DNA from: an uncultured Staphylococcaceae bacterium
Lineage (GTDB): Bacteria > Bacillota_I > Bacilli_A > ML615J-28 > CAG-313
NCBI GenBank assembly: GCA_964384805.1
Contig: CAYLLO010000003.1
Coordinates: 554-64,553 of the forward strand
DNA length: 64,000 bases
Direction of reading: 5' to 3'
This document shows, piece by piece, positions 51,033 through 62,700 of the stretch. Within the stretch, counting starts at the first letter, position 1; each line of letters opens with the position of its first letter. A program made the position numbers and the translations under genes. A model generated the notes under the pieces. The model had not been told where the DNA came from and made no database searches. It was given only the letters and a program-made list of their open reading frames with translations.

Positions 51033-52175
51033 TTATAAATATTTTTTTAAATCTTCAACTTTATTCAATTGTTCCCAAGGCAAATTAATATCATGACGTC
51101 CAAAATGACCATAACTAGCAGTTTGTAAATAAATTGGACGACGTAAATTTAATGTTTCAATTATACCTTTAGGAGTTAATTGAAAGTTTTCTTTAATAAC
51201 TTTAATTAATTCATCTTCTGTATATTTAGAAGTTCCGAACGTATCTACTGATATACTACAAGGTTCAGCTACCCCAATTGCATAGGCAATTTGAATTTCC
51301 ATTTTTTTAGCAAATCCAGCTGCAACCATATTTTTTGCAACATACCGCAACATATAAGCCGCACTTCTGTCTACTTTTGTTGGATCTTTTCCACTAAATG
51401 CCCCTCCTCCATGACGAGCAAAGCTTCCATATGTATCTACAATAATTTTTCTTCCTGTAAGACCAGTATCTCCTTTAGGACCACCAATAACAAATCTTCC
51501 TGTTGGATTTACTAAAATTTTTGTACATTCATCCATTAAATTATTTGGAACAATTTTATTAATTACTTCATCTACTAATGTTTTTCTCAAAACTTCTTGT
51601 GAAACATGTTCATCATGTTGTGTCGAAATTAAAATGGAATCAATATGAATAGGGTTGTTAAATTTATCATATTCGACACTTACTTGAGTTTTTCCATCAG
51701 GTCTTAAAAAATTAACAATTCCTGATTTTCTAATATCAGTTAACCGCTTAGCTAGCTTATGAGCTAAAATAATTGGCAATGGCATAAATTCTTCAGTTTC
51801 ATCACATGCATAACCAAACATCATCCCTTGATCTCCTGCCCCATCTTTATCAACTCCCAAAGCAATATCTTGAGATTGACTATCAATTGCTACTAAAACT
51901 GCTAAATTTTCAGCATCAAAGCCATATTTACCACGATTATAACCAATATTTTCAACGGTCTTTCTTACAACTTTTTGAACATCACAATAACCATTAGTTG
52001 TTATTTCTCCCATAACAACCACTAGGCCCGTGGTTACACATACTTCACATGCTACACGAGAATTAGGATCTTGAGATAAAAGATCATCTAAAATCGCATC
52101 TGAAATTTGGTCACAAATTTTATCAGGATGCCCTTCAGTAACAGATTCTGATGTAAAAATACGATTTTTATTCAT
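51033..52175 (-). CDS. metK: S-adenosylmethionine synthetase
   Basis: [51 protein letters not shown]. Confidence 0.95.
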   Translation of the reverse strand: MNKNRIFTSESVTEGHPDKICDQISDAILDDLLSQDPNSRVACEVCVTTGLVVVMGEITTNGYCDVQKVVRKTVENIGYNRGKYGFDAENLAVLVAIDSQSQDIALGVDKDGAGDQGMMFGYACDETEEFMPLPIILAHKLAKRLTDIRKSGIVNFLRPDGKTQVSVEYDKFNNPIHIDSILISTQHDEHVSQEVLRKTLVDEVINKIVPNNLMDECTKILVNPTGRFVIGGPKGDTGLTGRKIIVDTYGSFARHGGGAFSGKDPTKVDRSAAYMLRYVAKNMVAAGFAKKMEIQIAYAIGVAEPCSISVDTFGTSKYTEDELIKVIKENFQLTPKGIIETLNLRRPIYLQTASYGHFGRHDINLPWEQLNKVEDLKKYL

Positions 52176-52440
52176 AATTTTTCTACTTCCTTCCTTGTAA
52201 GGTTTTCTATCACTCTTATTATACCTTTTTTTTAATGTTTTTGCAAATTAAATATCTTTATATTCCTTTTAATGTTTTATAGTTTTATCACTTACATTTT
52301 ATATTCTTACAACATAAATTTTTATACTATTTCTATAAAAGTTGGGATTAAATTAGTAAGTTAACTCGTTTCTTATCTTCTTAAAAGATTAACAATAATA
52401 ATAATCACTAAATGTCTTATAAATCTACCAACTATATGTA

Positions 52441-53106
52441 TCAACTTATTTTTTTTGACAAATTAAATTTTTTCCAAATACCATCTATTGGAAAATTTTT
52501 AAATTCTAGTACTTCTTTAGTAATTGGATGATTAAATTTAATAGAATAAGCATATAGTGATAGGGGAACTTGAGGTCCACTACCATATAACGTATCACCA
52601 TATAGAGGGTAACCACGACTAGCAAATTGAATTCTAATTTGATGGTGTCGTCCAGTATATAGTCTTATTTTTACTAACGAAAAGCCATCAATATATTTCA
52701 ATAATTGATATTCTAAAGAAGCCTTTTTCCCATTTGAATTAATCTTTGAAATTCCCTTTTTTTCATCTACAAGGATACAATCATTTAAAATGTCTTCTTT
52801 TTCCGTTATTAAGTTTTTAGTAACCGCTAAATAGTATTTTTCAAATTTATGATTTCTAATTTGTTCACTTAACCGAGAAGCAGCTTTTGATGTTTTCGCG
52901 AAAACCATTACACCGCCAGTCATTCTATCTAAACGATGAACAAGTCCTAAATAAACATTACCAGGTTTATTATATTTTTTCTTTATATATTGCTTAATAA
53001 TGGTAAGCATATCCAAATCTTTAGTATTATCTTCTTGTGATAATATACCTGGAGGTTTGACAACCACAATTAAATGATTATCTTCATATAATATCTTTAA
53101 ATCCAT
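52441..53106 (-). CDS. RluA-family pseudouridine synthase (RluA/TruC-like, no S4 domain)
   Basis: HRLDRMTGGVMVFAK and GRHHQIRIQFAS. Confidence 0.8.
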   Translation of the reverse strand: MDLKILYEDNHLIVVVKPPGILSQEDNTKDLDMLTIIKQYIKKKYNKPGNVYLGLVHRLDRMTGGVMVFAKTSKAASRLSEQIRNHKFEKYYLAVTKNLITEKEDILNDCILVDEKKGISKINSNGKKASLEYQLLKYIDGFSLVKIRLYTGRHHQIRIQFASRGYPLYGDTLYGSGPQVPLSLYAYSIKFNHPITKEVLEFKNFPIDGIWKKFNLSKKIS

Positions 53107-53250
53107 AATATCACCTTTTAAACAAGATAATTATAACACACTTTTTTTTAAAATACCAATTTTTATGCTATTCTTTCCTATCAAATTATTTGCTATTTTT
53201 ATTTTTTTATGTTATCATATCGATGTATAAATTTTTGTAAGGAGTTTGTT

Positions 53251-53739
53251 ATGGAACAAAAAGAACAAATTACCGCAGTAGAAAATCCCGTAGAACCACC
53301 TGTTGAAGAAAAGCCAAAGAAAAAACTCTCAAAAATTGAAAGAAAAAAATTAAGAGTTATTACAAAACTAATTGAAGGAGAGATCAACGGTACCCAAGCT
53401 GCGAAAAAGCTTAAATTATCAACTCGTCAAATACGTAATTTAAAACGTCAAGTCCTTAATGAAGGAGTCGATGGAGTTATCCACAAAAATAAAAACTACA
53501 AACCTTATAACACTTATGATACCGAAATAAGTACTTTTGTTACTAAACTTTATCGTAAGGAGTATCGCGGAACAAACTTTAGTGCCTTTGCTAGAATCAT
53601 TCAAGATGAATACGGAATCACCGCTTCAAGATCAACAATCTATAACTTTTTAAGAAGAGGAAGAATCCGCAGTCCTCAAAGAAAAAAGAAAAAACGTAAA
53701 AGTGTAGTTGTAAAAACAGAAGGTAAATCTACTAAATAG
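53251..53739 (+). mobile_element. Truncated transposase: N-terminal HTH domain only (IS remnant)
   Basis: KKLRVITKLIEGEINGTQAAKKLKLSTRQIRNLKRQVLNEGVDGVIHKNKN and a basic tail resemble the N-terminal HTH of ISNCY (IS1202-group)-like transposases. No DDE domain follows, since ispG begins 37 nt later. RBS AAGGAG. Confidence 0.5.
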
Positions 53740-53775
53740 GCGGAATAAATCCGTCTATTTTTTAAGGAGAATTTT

Positions 53776-54822
53776 ATGAAAACAATTTATGTTGGAAATA
53801 TTCCAATTGGTGAAGACCATCCGATAGTTATTCAAAGCATGACTAACACTAAAACTAAAAATATTAAAGATACTATAAAGCAAATTAATGAACTTACAAA
53901 TGCTGGAGCCCAAATTATTAGAATGGCAATTACCGATATGGAAGACGCTGAAGCAATTAAAGAAATAAAAAAACAAGTATCAGTTCCTCTTGTAGCAGAT
54001 ATACACTTTGATTATCGCTTAGCTTTAAAAGCAATTGAAAACGGAATTGATAAATTAAGACTTAACCCTGGCAATATTAAAGACAAAAAACAAATTACTG
54101 AGATAGTTCTCGCCTGTAAAAGCAAAAAAATTCCTATTAGAATTGGAATTAATGGAGGATCTCTAAATTCAGAAATCTACGAAAAATATGGTCATACTCC
54201 AATGGCATTAATTAAAAGTGCTAATGAGCATATTAAAATTTTAGAAGAGTTGAATTTTACTGATATTATCATTAGTTTAAAAGATACCGATTTAGATATC
54301 ACTTTAGAAGCTAATCGCTTAGCACACAAAATTTTTAAATATCCACTTCATATCGGATTAACCGAAGCAGGTACTATTTGTTCAGGAACAGTTAGATCAA
54401 GTTATGTCCTTGGAACCCTTTTGAAGGAAAAAATCGGCAATACAATTCGTGTATCTTTAACTGCAGATCCAATTGAAGAAATAAAGGTAGTTAAAGAAAT
54501 ATTAAAAATGACAGGCAACTATTCTTCTCCAACTATAATTAGTTGTCCGACCTGTGGAAGAACTAATTATAATATGTTAAAGCTTATTAATAAACTTGAA
54601 CCTATGCTTTCTAAGCTTAATATACCTTTAAAAATTGCCATTATGGGCTGTGCAGTGAATGGACCAGGTGAGGCAAAAGACGCTGATATTGGAATCGCTG
54701 GAGGAAAAAATCAAGTTCTACTCTTTAAAAAAGGTCAAATAATTAAAACAATTAAAGAAGAAAACATTATTAATGAGTTTATGGATGAAATTTATCTTCT
54801 TATAAAAGAAAATAATAACTAA
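53776..54822 (+). CDS. ispG: 4-hydroxy-3-methylbut-2-enyl diphosphate synthase (GcpE)
   Basis: IQSMTNTKT start, TIM-barrel A domain, C-terminal 4Fe-4S cysteines (CPTCGRT...GCAVNGPGE). Confidence 0.95.
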   Translation: MKTIYVGNIPIGEDHPIVIQSMTNTKTKNIKDTIKQINELTNAGAQIIRMAITDMEDAEAIKEIKKQVSVPLVADIHFDYRLALKAIENGIDKLRLNPGNIKDKKQITEIVLACKSKKIPIRIGINGGSLNSEIYEKYGHTPMALIKSANEHIKILEELNFTDIIISLKDTDLDITLEANRLAHKIFKYPLHIGLTEAGTICSGTVRSSYVLGTLLKEKIGNTIRVSLTADPIEEIKVVKEILKMTGNYSSPTIISCPTCGRTNYNMLKLINKLEPMLSKLNIPLKIAIMGCAVNGPGEAKDADIGIAGGKNQVLLFKKGQIIKTIKEENIINEFMDEIYLLIKENNN

Positions 54823-54865
54823 TCTATAAAGACCATATAAATAATTTAAAATAGACTCTAATAAT

Positions 54866-54924
54866 TAAAACACACATTTTCCCTAAAATTATAAATTAGG
54901 GTCAATGTGTGTGTTACTTTTTTA
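54866..54924 (+). terminator. Long nested-hairpin rho-independent terminator after ispG
   Basis: AAACACACATTTTCCCTAA-loop-TTAGGGTCAATGTGTGTGTT followed by ACTTTTTT. Confidence 0.7.
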
Positions 54925-55097
54925 TAACCTCTTTTTTTAACATATATTAAAAAATCTATCTTTTATATCTAATACTTTCATTAATTAAAGACTTTTTATG
55001 AATATTACAAAGAATCAGTTAATTACTTTTTGCATTTATACTAAATACTAATATACCACCTCACCTAAAAGAACAAATATGTAAAAATACATATTTG

Positions 55098-55565
55098 TTA
55101 ACAATTACAACCTATAATTCCTAAAATATAAATAATCCATTTACTTTGTATTTCATTATATTCTTTTATAACTTCAACAATCAAACATTCTGTTTTTTCT
55201 GGTAATTCCTCGTTATCATTTAAAAATTTAATAGTTGAAATAAGTCCCATATTAGTAGTTTTCATCGCACTTATACAAATATCAAAAGGATTTTCAAAAA
55301 TCTTTAACTTTTCTTTATAAACCCCCATAATTCCAGTAGCAGTTAAACTATCAGTAGCCTCTTCTCCTAATTCATTAATCATTTTAGTAACTTTTTCTTC
55401 ATGAGTTTTAAAAACTTCTTCAATTTCAACAATTAATTTGATTAGTTTATTGTCATTAAATTTTTCTGCTTGTTCATAATAAATTCGATAAATACTAGTT
55501 CCCATATGAATATATGATAAAAACTTATTTAATTCATTTGATTTTTCCACATCAATAACCTCCAT
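55098..55565 (-). CDS. Four-helix-bundle protein, DUF2383/ferritin-like (weak)
   Basis: 155 aa, predicted helical, no metal-binding motif confidently recognised. Confidence 0.35.
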   Translation of the reverse strand: MEVIDVEKSNELNKFLSYIHMGTSIYRIYYEQAEKFNDNKLIKLIVEIEEVFKTHEEKVTKMINELGEEATDSLTATGIMGVYKEKLKIFENPFDICISAMKTTNMGLISTIKFLNDNEELPEKTECLIVEVIKEYNEIQSKWIIYILGIIGCNC

Positions 55566-55859
55566 TATTAGTGTTTACAATAATTAAAAATGTAGTCATA
55601 AAAAAATTTTAAATTTTATAAAATGGAAATTCATTGATTTTTCAATAACTGTATTAATATTCTCTTGAATTTTTATATTAATAATCTTTATCAAAAATAA
55701 CTATTAGTTTCTTAAAAGTTAAGATATTACTGATTACTAAATTTCCTTTATAACAAATTAAAACTAGATATATTTAACTCTCTCTTTGTAGCAAAAAATC
55801 TTCACTTATATCTACATACCACACTCGATTACTCTTTATATATTAATCATATCCATTAC

Positions 55860-55892
55860 ATAGAAAATCCCTACTTTTTAAAGTAGGGATTT
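55860..55892 (-). terminator. Rho-independent terminator downstream of the 1241-aa amidase gene
   Basis: Minus strand: ATCCCTACTTT-AAAA-AGTAGGGAT followed by TTTCTA. Confidence 0.6.
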
Positions 55893-55935
55893 TTGTCTAT
55901 AATTCTTTATAGGGCCGTTTTCTTTTTATAGATTA

Positions 55936-58900
55936 TTACCCTAATTGTCCAGGAAGAATCGAAGATAGAGTAACTGTCTTAGTAGTTGAGCCAGTAGTAT
56001 ATGTTATCGTATAGGTTACACATTCAGAATTTTTAGGTAAACTACTAACACGACCATTATCTTTTAAGTATTCACTATTAGATGAGAACACTAAATTATA
56101 ATTATTGTAGTTTTGGTATAATTCCATATGTTGTCTTGTTAATTCTACAAATTCGTACCAAATTTCTAAGTCATTTTCTAACATTGGTTGTGGACACCAT
56201 TTACCAGCAAAGAAATGATGACCTACAAGTCTGTTAAGAGGCAATTCATATTTAATAAGCAGTTTAGCACAAAGTTGAGCAGTATACTGCCAAGTTAACC
56301 ATAAATCAGAACCTTGTCTTACTGATGTTTCAATACCAATTGAATTATTATTACCACCAGTTGATGAAATATATCCATAACTTGTATTTAGGTAATGCCC
56401 TCCTAAATAAACTTTAGATCCTATTACTTTTACTCCAAGACCCATACCATTTAATTTAGTACCACTTGATGTATTTTTAACATTTGTTTTAACTCCTTTT
56501 ATATAGAAATATCCATCCGAACCCATTTTTACATCTGTTGTATAAAGGTCGGTTCCTACTTGAGCAGTTGTAACACCACTATCAGTCCATGTCATTTTTT
56601 TACTTGCACTTGCGTGCCATGCCCCTTTTGATTCAGTTTGGCAAGCCCAAATACCATCATTACCTGTACTATAATGCCATGATGCACTAGTAACATTCTG
56701 ATTATAAATAGCTAAATTTTTACCACCAGTAAACATTGCTGAAGCTGAATATGGCATATCTGCAGCATAGTGTACAGTAATAAAATCAATACCATTTTTA
56801 CCATCACCATTTAGTGTTGTTGTTTTTGTTGAATTAGATAAGTAATAATCATCATGAACCGCATAATCTGTAAATAATAATTTAGATACACTTCCCACAA
56901 TATCAGTATAGTAAGCACCATCAGAACCAATTTTAAGACCTATAATTAAATCTTCTTTGGTATATATTTCTTTATTATTACTATCTAATAATAGTTTTAA
57001 TATACCGGTAGGTTCTACATCTAATACTGTTATATAAAAAGTAAACGAAACATCAGTATTATCAGCACAACTTACTAAGATTTCTGCAAGCCCTTCTTTT
57101 ATCCCAGTTACAACTCCATCACTAGATACAGTTGCGATAGAAGGCGTTTTAGATGTCCATACTAAATTGGAAGAAGCACCTTTAACTGTTGCCCCAAGAC
57201 GAATTGTTTTATTAGTTACAACATAAGATTCATCAAGAAATTCACCATTAATAAATGGATTAACATAAACTTCAATTTCTAATACTGTATTTAAAGAAGG
57301 ATTATCAACAACTGTAATAAATACTTTCGCGGTACCACTATCAACTGCAGTAATTAAACCTTCTTCTGAAATTGTTAATACATCGGTATTATTGGATGTA
57401 AAAGTAACTTTTTTGTATGTTGCATTACTAGGTCCAATTACCCATGTTAATTGATGTTGAGAAAGTTTTAATAATCTATCAATTTCATTAGTTATTTCGA
57501 ATGATTCAACCGAAATTTTTTCACTCCATTTAGCTGTTAATACTAAATCACCATAAGTACTAGAGGTAATTTCTTCAACTTTATTACCTGTAGTATCATA
57601 CCAACCAAGGAAAGTACGACCATCGTCAATAAATAACTTAGTTAATTCAAATTCATCACCTAATTTATATTCAGTTATTGGGAAAATAGTAATTTTAGTT
57701 GCAGAAATCAATGCTTCATTCATCGATTCTTTCCATGTTGTTGGAGGAGCATTACTTAACCATTGACCAAGTCTATAAATACCAACATAACTATCCCATG
57801 CATTTTGGAGAGAATTGGCTGCTGTAACTTGAGCATCAAAAACAGTAAACCAGGTATTCCATTCTTCAAAGTTTTCAGATGCATTACAAAAATAGTTTTC
57901 ATCAATCGTATCTTTTCCATTTTGTTTATAGAATTTATATGTATTTTGATTTTTATTAGTAACCCAGTCCTCTAATACTTTAGATTTAAATATTGTATAA
58001 CTATCCGTTGGTTTTAACCAATTATAATATGAAGTCAACACATATTCAATTGTTTCTTCAAGTGAACTTGGAGTTTTAGTAGGAAGTTTTCCCTCTGTAT
58101 AATTATAAGTAATAGTGTAAACTTTTTCTTCTCCTTCAAGCCAATTAGCATAAAGGGTTATATTCGAATTAACCTTATAAGAAATTTCTGTAATTATATT
58201 TTCTCCTTCTGTATCTGTAGACCAACCAATAAATGTATATCCTTCTCTACTTGGTTTAGTTAATACTACACCTTCACCAAAAGTAAATTCACTAGGTGCA
58301 TCTTCAGAGTTTTCACCACCTCTTAAGACATAATTAATATTATACACTGGAGCTTTAGCGTTTAAATCATACCAAGCAGCATATAATGTACATTCACTTG
58401 TAACAGAAATTACTTTATCTCCTGTTAAATCAGGGTTAGTATACCATCCTAAGAACATATGTCCTTCTTTAACAGGTGCAACTAAATTAATTGTTGTTCC
58501 TTTAGTAGCCTTTGATATTACATATTCATTAGTTGATGAATTGCTTCCCTCATACCCAATTGTTGGAGTTGGAATAGTAGCACGTAATACATTGAATGTT
58601 TCATAATTATTACTGCTAGAGGCAAGTAATCCTTGAGTACCATAAAAATATCCATCAAGAACAAACCCTAAAGCTCCTTTAAAATATGTAGATGTTGTAC
58701 CAACACTAGGGTATTTAATAGTTGTTAATTGAATAATATGTTTAGTAAGATTAGCATATTTTTCTTTATAAGGGCTTGTTCCTAAAAATCCACCAATAGC
58801 TTCATATCCATTAACACTATCAAAGAATAATTCACTATAACCATCTGCTACTTTATATGAACCAGTTGATGTAGCATTATATTTAGCAACTGGATCCTCT

Positions 58901-59661
58901 TGTTTTGTGCTAAATTCTGCCCAATTAGATGCATGAAGAGTTGAAGCAACTTTAGAAGAATTCAGCAAATTATTTTCAAATAAATATGCATAGAAATCTG
59001 CCATAAAAATTTCAGGCAAATTAGAAACTGCATCAATCCCTTTAGCTGGTTCAGTTACTTCTGCTATTTTCCATTCCCAAGATCCTCCATTTAATTCATA
59101 GTTAATTTGATAAGATGCTTCATCAAATAATGGAATTATGTATAAATTACCATTAACAATAATATCTTCAACATTTGCCTCTACAAAATTATCTAAACTA
59201 CTTGAGTATTTTACTCTACCATTCCACTCGTATCCCGATGGAACATTAAAGTCAATATTTTGATCTAGAGTACTTCCTACTTTTCTTTGAATAACCAACA
59301 ATTCTTCTAGTTCTTCAGTCAATATCGTAACTCTATAATAAGTACTACTATTATCGATTAGTGGATATTGAGCAGGAAAGTATGTGTGCATTAGTAAATA
59401 TATAACATCATCCGTATTAATTTTTCCACTTCCATTGAAATCACAGTTTTGAGTTACTGGATATGTTGCGGGAAAGTATGTGTGCATTAGTAAATAAATA
59501 ACATCACTAGTATCCACTACTCCATCACTATTTAAGTCACCAACAACTTGTGTCGTTAATTCTTGATTATTATCTTCACTTGCTTTTACACCTATATCTG
59601 CAAAAATAAATAAAGCAAATAATAAAAATAATAATCCTATACTTGTTAAAACTTTTCTCAT
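55936..59661 (-). CDS. Large secreted multidomain cell-wall hydrolase: signal peptide, tandem dockerin-like repeats, Listeria/Bacteroides (Flg_new) repeats, Big_2 Ig-like domains, C-terminal Amidase_2/PGRP N-acetylmuramoyl-L-alanine amidase domain
   Basis: Signal peptide. Dockerin-like GDLNSDGVVDTSDVIYLLMHTYFP and DFNGSGKINTDDVIYLLMHTYFP. Flg_new-type GYTFIGWSTD...ITLYANW, FLGWYTNPDL, FLGWYDTTG. Big_2-like VTFTSNNTDVLTISEEGLITAV. C-terminal amidase_2 (GIDFITVHYAAD...SASWHYSTG...GIWACQTESKGAWHASA...SIGIE...GHHFFAGKWCP). Confidence 0.7.
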   Translation of the reverse strand: MRKVLTSIGLLFLLFALFIFADIGVKASEDNNQELTTQVVGDLNSDGVVDTSDVIYLLMHTYFPATYPVTQNCDFNGSGKINTDDVIYLLMHTYFPAQYPLIDNSSTYYRVTILTEELEELLVIQRKVGSTLDQNIDFNVPSGYEWNGRVKYSSSLDNFVEANVEDIIVNGNLYIIPLFDEASYQINYELNGGSWEWKIAEVTEPAKGIDAVSNLPEIFMADFYAYLFENNLLNSSKVASTLHASNWAEFSTKQEDPVAKYNATSTGSYKVADGYSELFFDSVNGYEAIGGFLGTSPYKEKYANLTKHIIQLTTIKYPSVGTTSTYFKGALGFVLDGYFYGTQGLLASSSNNYETFNVLRATIPTPTIGYEGSNSSTNEYVISKATKGTTINLVAPVKEGHMFLGWYTNPDLTGDKVISVTSECTLYAAWYDLNAKAPVYNINYVLRGGENSEDAPSEFTFGEGVVLTKPSREGYTFIGWSTDTEGENIITEISYKVNSNITLYANWLEGEEKVYTITYNYTEGKLPTKTPSSLEETIEYVLTSYYNWLKPTDSYTIFKSKVLEDWVTNKNQNTYKFYKQNGKDTIDENYFCNASENFEEWNTWFTVFDAQVTAANSLQNAWDSYVGIYRLGQWLSNAPPTTWKESMNEALISATKITIFPITEYKLGDEFELTKLFIDDGRTFLGWYDTTGNKVEEITSSTYGDLVLTAKWSEKISVESFEITNEIDRLLKLSQHQLTWVIGPSNATYKKVTFTSNNTDVLTISEEGLITAVDSGTAKVFITVVDNPSLNTVLEIEVYVNPFINGEFLDESYVVTNKTIRLGATVKGASSNLVWTSKTPSIATVSSDGVVTGIKEGLAEILVSCADNTDVSFTFYITVLDVEPTGILKLLLDSNNKEIYTKEDLIIGLKIGSDGAYYTDIVGSVSKLLFTDYAVHDDYYLSNSTKTTTLNGDGKNGIDFITVHYAADMPYSASAMFTGGKNLAIYNQNVTSASWHYSTGNDGIWACQTESKGAWHASASKKMTWTDSGVTTAQVGTDLYTTDVKMGSDGYFYIKGVKTNVKNTSSGTKLNGMGLGVKVIGSKVYLGGHYLNTSYGYISSTGGNNNSIGIETSVRQGSDLWLTWQYTAQLCAKLLIKYELPLNRLVGHHFFAGKWCPQPMLENDLEIWYEFVELTRQHMELYQNYNNYNLVFSSNSEYLKDNGRVSSLPKNSECVTYTITYTTGSTTKTVTLSSILPGQLG

Positions 59662-59785
59662 ATAGACTCCTTATTTAATTTTTATATTAATATTTTATCA
59701 TAATCTTATTTTTTAAGCAAATATACCACATATAATTTATTCTAATTAATAAAAAGATAGTCTATATTATAGACTATCTTTCCCA

Positions 59786-62700
59786 TTAAAAACAATCACA
59801 TATCGTATTAACTATGGTGTCAGTTGCATCTTCTCCATAAGCCCATACCATAATACCCATTCCTTCATTAGCAGCATATTTACATTTTTCAGTAACTGAT
59901 AAAATACTATCATATGTAATAAAATATTTGTCTTCCGCATTATACAAATATGAACCTACTAATTGACCACTATTATTATACTCATTATATTGAGTAAAGT
60001 TACCTGTATTAATTAAGTCTTTAATTCCTGTATAATAAATAGTTCCTGAATTTCATGTAATACTTTGACTAGCTAAACCATAGCCTATAACTTGACCTAA
60101 AATAGCAGTTGCACCCAAACCTGGTAAGTTAGTTACAGGAGATGTTCCAGTTACCTTATAGGCTTTTCCATAAGCAGCAGCTCCTAAAATTATCTTATTT
60201 TTATCAAGTCCTCGCGAAGTATAATACAATACTCCATAATTACAACAAAACTTATAACTATAACTATTACTAGGCTGATATATATGAGTTAAATGAGAAG
60301 CATTGGAAGTTTTATTTAAATCATAACTCATCATATTAACATAATCACAATATTCATTAATAGTTTCATAATCAAAACGATCGGTTCCCCAATATGTTGG
60401 AGGGGTAGCAACAGATAAAATATAATTACTACCATTTTCACTTTGTAATTCGTTAAAACTTTCACGAAGTTCTTTTAATAAACTATTTAAACTAGCAATA
60501 TCAACGGATGTTGTATATTGCTCGTAACCTGATTGACTTGACAATATTCCTGGAAATTCCCAATCTACATCTATTCCATCAAAATTATAAGTAGTTATTA
60601 AATTCAAAATATTATTAACAAATTGGGTTCTAGTAGTCTTTTTATTACAAAGTTTGACCATCGCTTGTAATGAAGTTCTATTAGCACCATCTATTACTAA
60701 TAAAACCCGGATACCATAATTTTTTAGTTCCATTATTTCATCAATATAAGTTGTATTAAGAGTTAAAGTCCCATCTTCTTGTGGTACAGCAAATGCATAA
60801 TATACCATATTCATATTTTCTTTAAATTTATCAGAAAATAATGTTTGATCATTTAAATACCTTTGACTATACTTTTTATAACTTTCTGCTGAACTTACTG
60901 CGAAATAAACAGCTTTAGGATTAGTCATTAAATCATATGTCACCGGATTAATCACAATAGTTTTTTGAGTTGTTGTTCCATCAGCCAAAGTAGCATAAAC
61001 AATTACCATTTGTTTTTGATGAGTTTAATATCGACGATTAGTATATCCTTGATTATTTTCAATAGTATACAATTTATCATTGCTTGAGGTATAAGTTACC
61101 TTAAATCCTTCAAACATAGTTGGTAATTCATCAATCGTATCTGATGATACAACATCACTAATATAATCTAAAGCATCAACTATTATTATTTTTTCCCATT
61201 TCGCATAAAGAATGATATCTCGTGTAGGAATAAAGCTAACATAATCATCACCACTAAAGTTAGGATTATCATACCAACCTAAAAAAGTATATCCTTTTTT
61301 AGTGGGAATTGGTAATTGACATTTTTCATCGTTACTAATTAATGAATTATATTTCAAAGTTTCATCACTATCATCAACTAAATAAAGATTGTAAAGATTA
61401 TCATTTTCTTTAAAAGTTATTATAAAAACATTTTCACCATTACTATAGTTAGATGGTTTTTGTGGAAACACTACTACATCTCCAATTTGGATATTTAACT
61501 CTACAAGAGCTTGATAATCATTATTATAATCATCATTCCATGCTAAAATTAAGTAATCATAGTCACTTTGAAGTGGTTGTCCACTTTCTAAAATACTTGT
61601 AACAATATATTCATTATTTTGATATTTAATTCCTACTTTATACCAATACCGAGAAGTCCCAACTTCTACACCTGATTTATATAAGCGAATCCCATAATAT
61701 TTTTCCATAGTCGATGTTGCATCTTGAGAATTAACCCCTACTACATTAACACTACCTTTAATAGATGGTTCTTTTTGCCATAAAACAAATATTTTAGTAT
61801 CTTCACCAATGGCATTCCAAAAATCAAATGTTGTTCCATCTTCCTTAACAATATCAACAACTTGATATCCTTCTTTTTCCAAATTTAATTTAGAAACTCT
61901 AGTTCCAGATGAAACGTAGCATTCAATAATTTCATTTCCATTATAATATTCTACTAAATAGTTAATTCTCTCCCATTTAGCCGTTACTTTAGCGTTACTA
62001 GTGACTTTTGTGACTTGATGTCCATTTTCATCATACCAACCTAAAAAATTGTAATGCATTCTCGATATTTTAGGTAAAACAACTGGTGTTGTACTTTCTT
62101 TTAATAAATCAACTTCTCCTACTCCTGGAATATTATCCAACATATAATATACTCGCGGTGATTTTTCTTTTGTAAACCAAGGATATGTATCAGTTAAATT
62201 ACTTGAAGTAAAATAGAAAAACTTACATGTATCTACTAAAGAGGCCCATGCACTAGCAAAGAAATCATTACCATTATTGGTTGCAGTCGTATAACCTTCA
62301 TCAGTACGCCAGTATGCAAAAAAGACTTCTAAGTGTTCAATCACATCTTTAAATTTATTATTTCGATAACAATAACCAATAAAAGTATCTATTGGTTGTT
62401 CATCAATAGTTCCACCTATATCAACACTTAAGTAATATTTAGAAAAAGCATCAGCTACGCCATAGAAAGCATCAAAATTGTTGAAATTCCAGTTTGAACA
62501 GGCATTTATAAAATCACTATCGTTATTTATATTATAGCTATTTAAATCACAATCCGTATGCTCTATTAAAAAATTATAAAATTCCGTAAAATAAGCAACA
62601 TATAAATCATTCTTAGTATCAAATTGTTCATATCCTAAATCATAACTAATTTGATATTCAGGAACTTCAATTTGTGAATTATTTATTGGATAATCATCTG

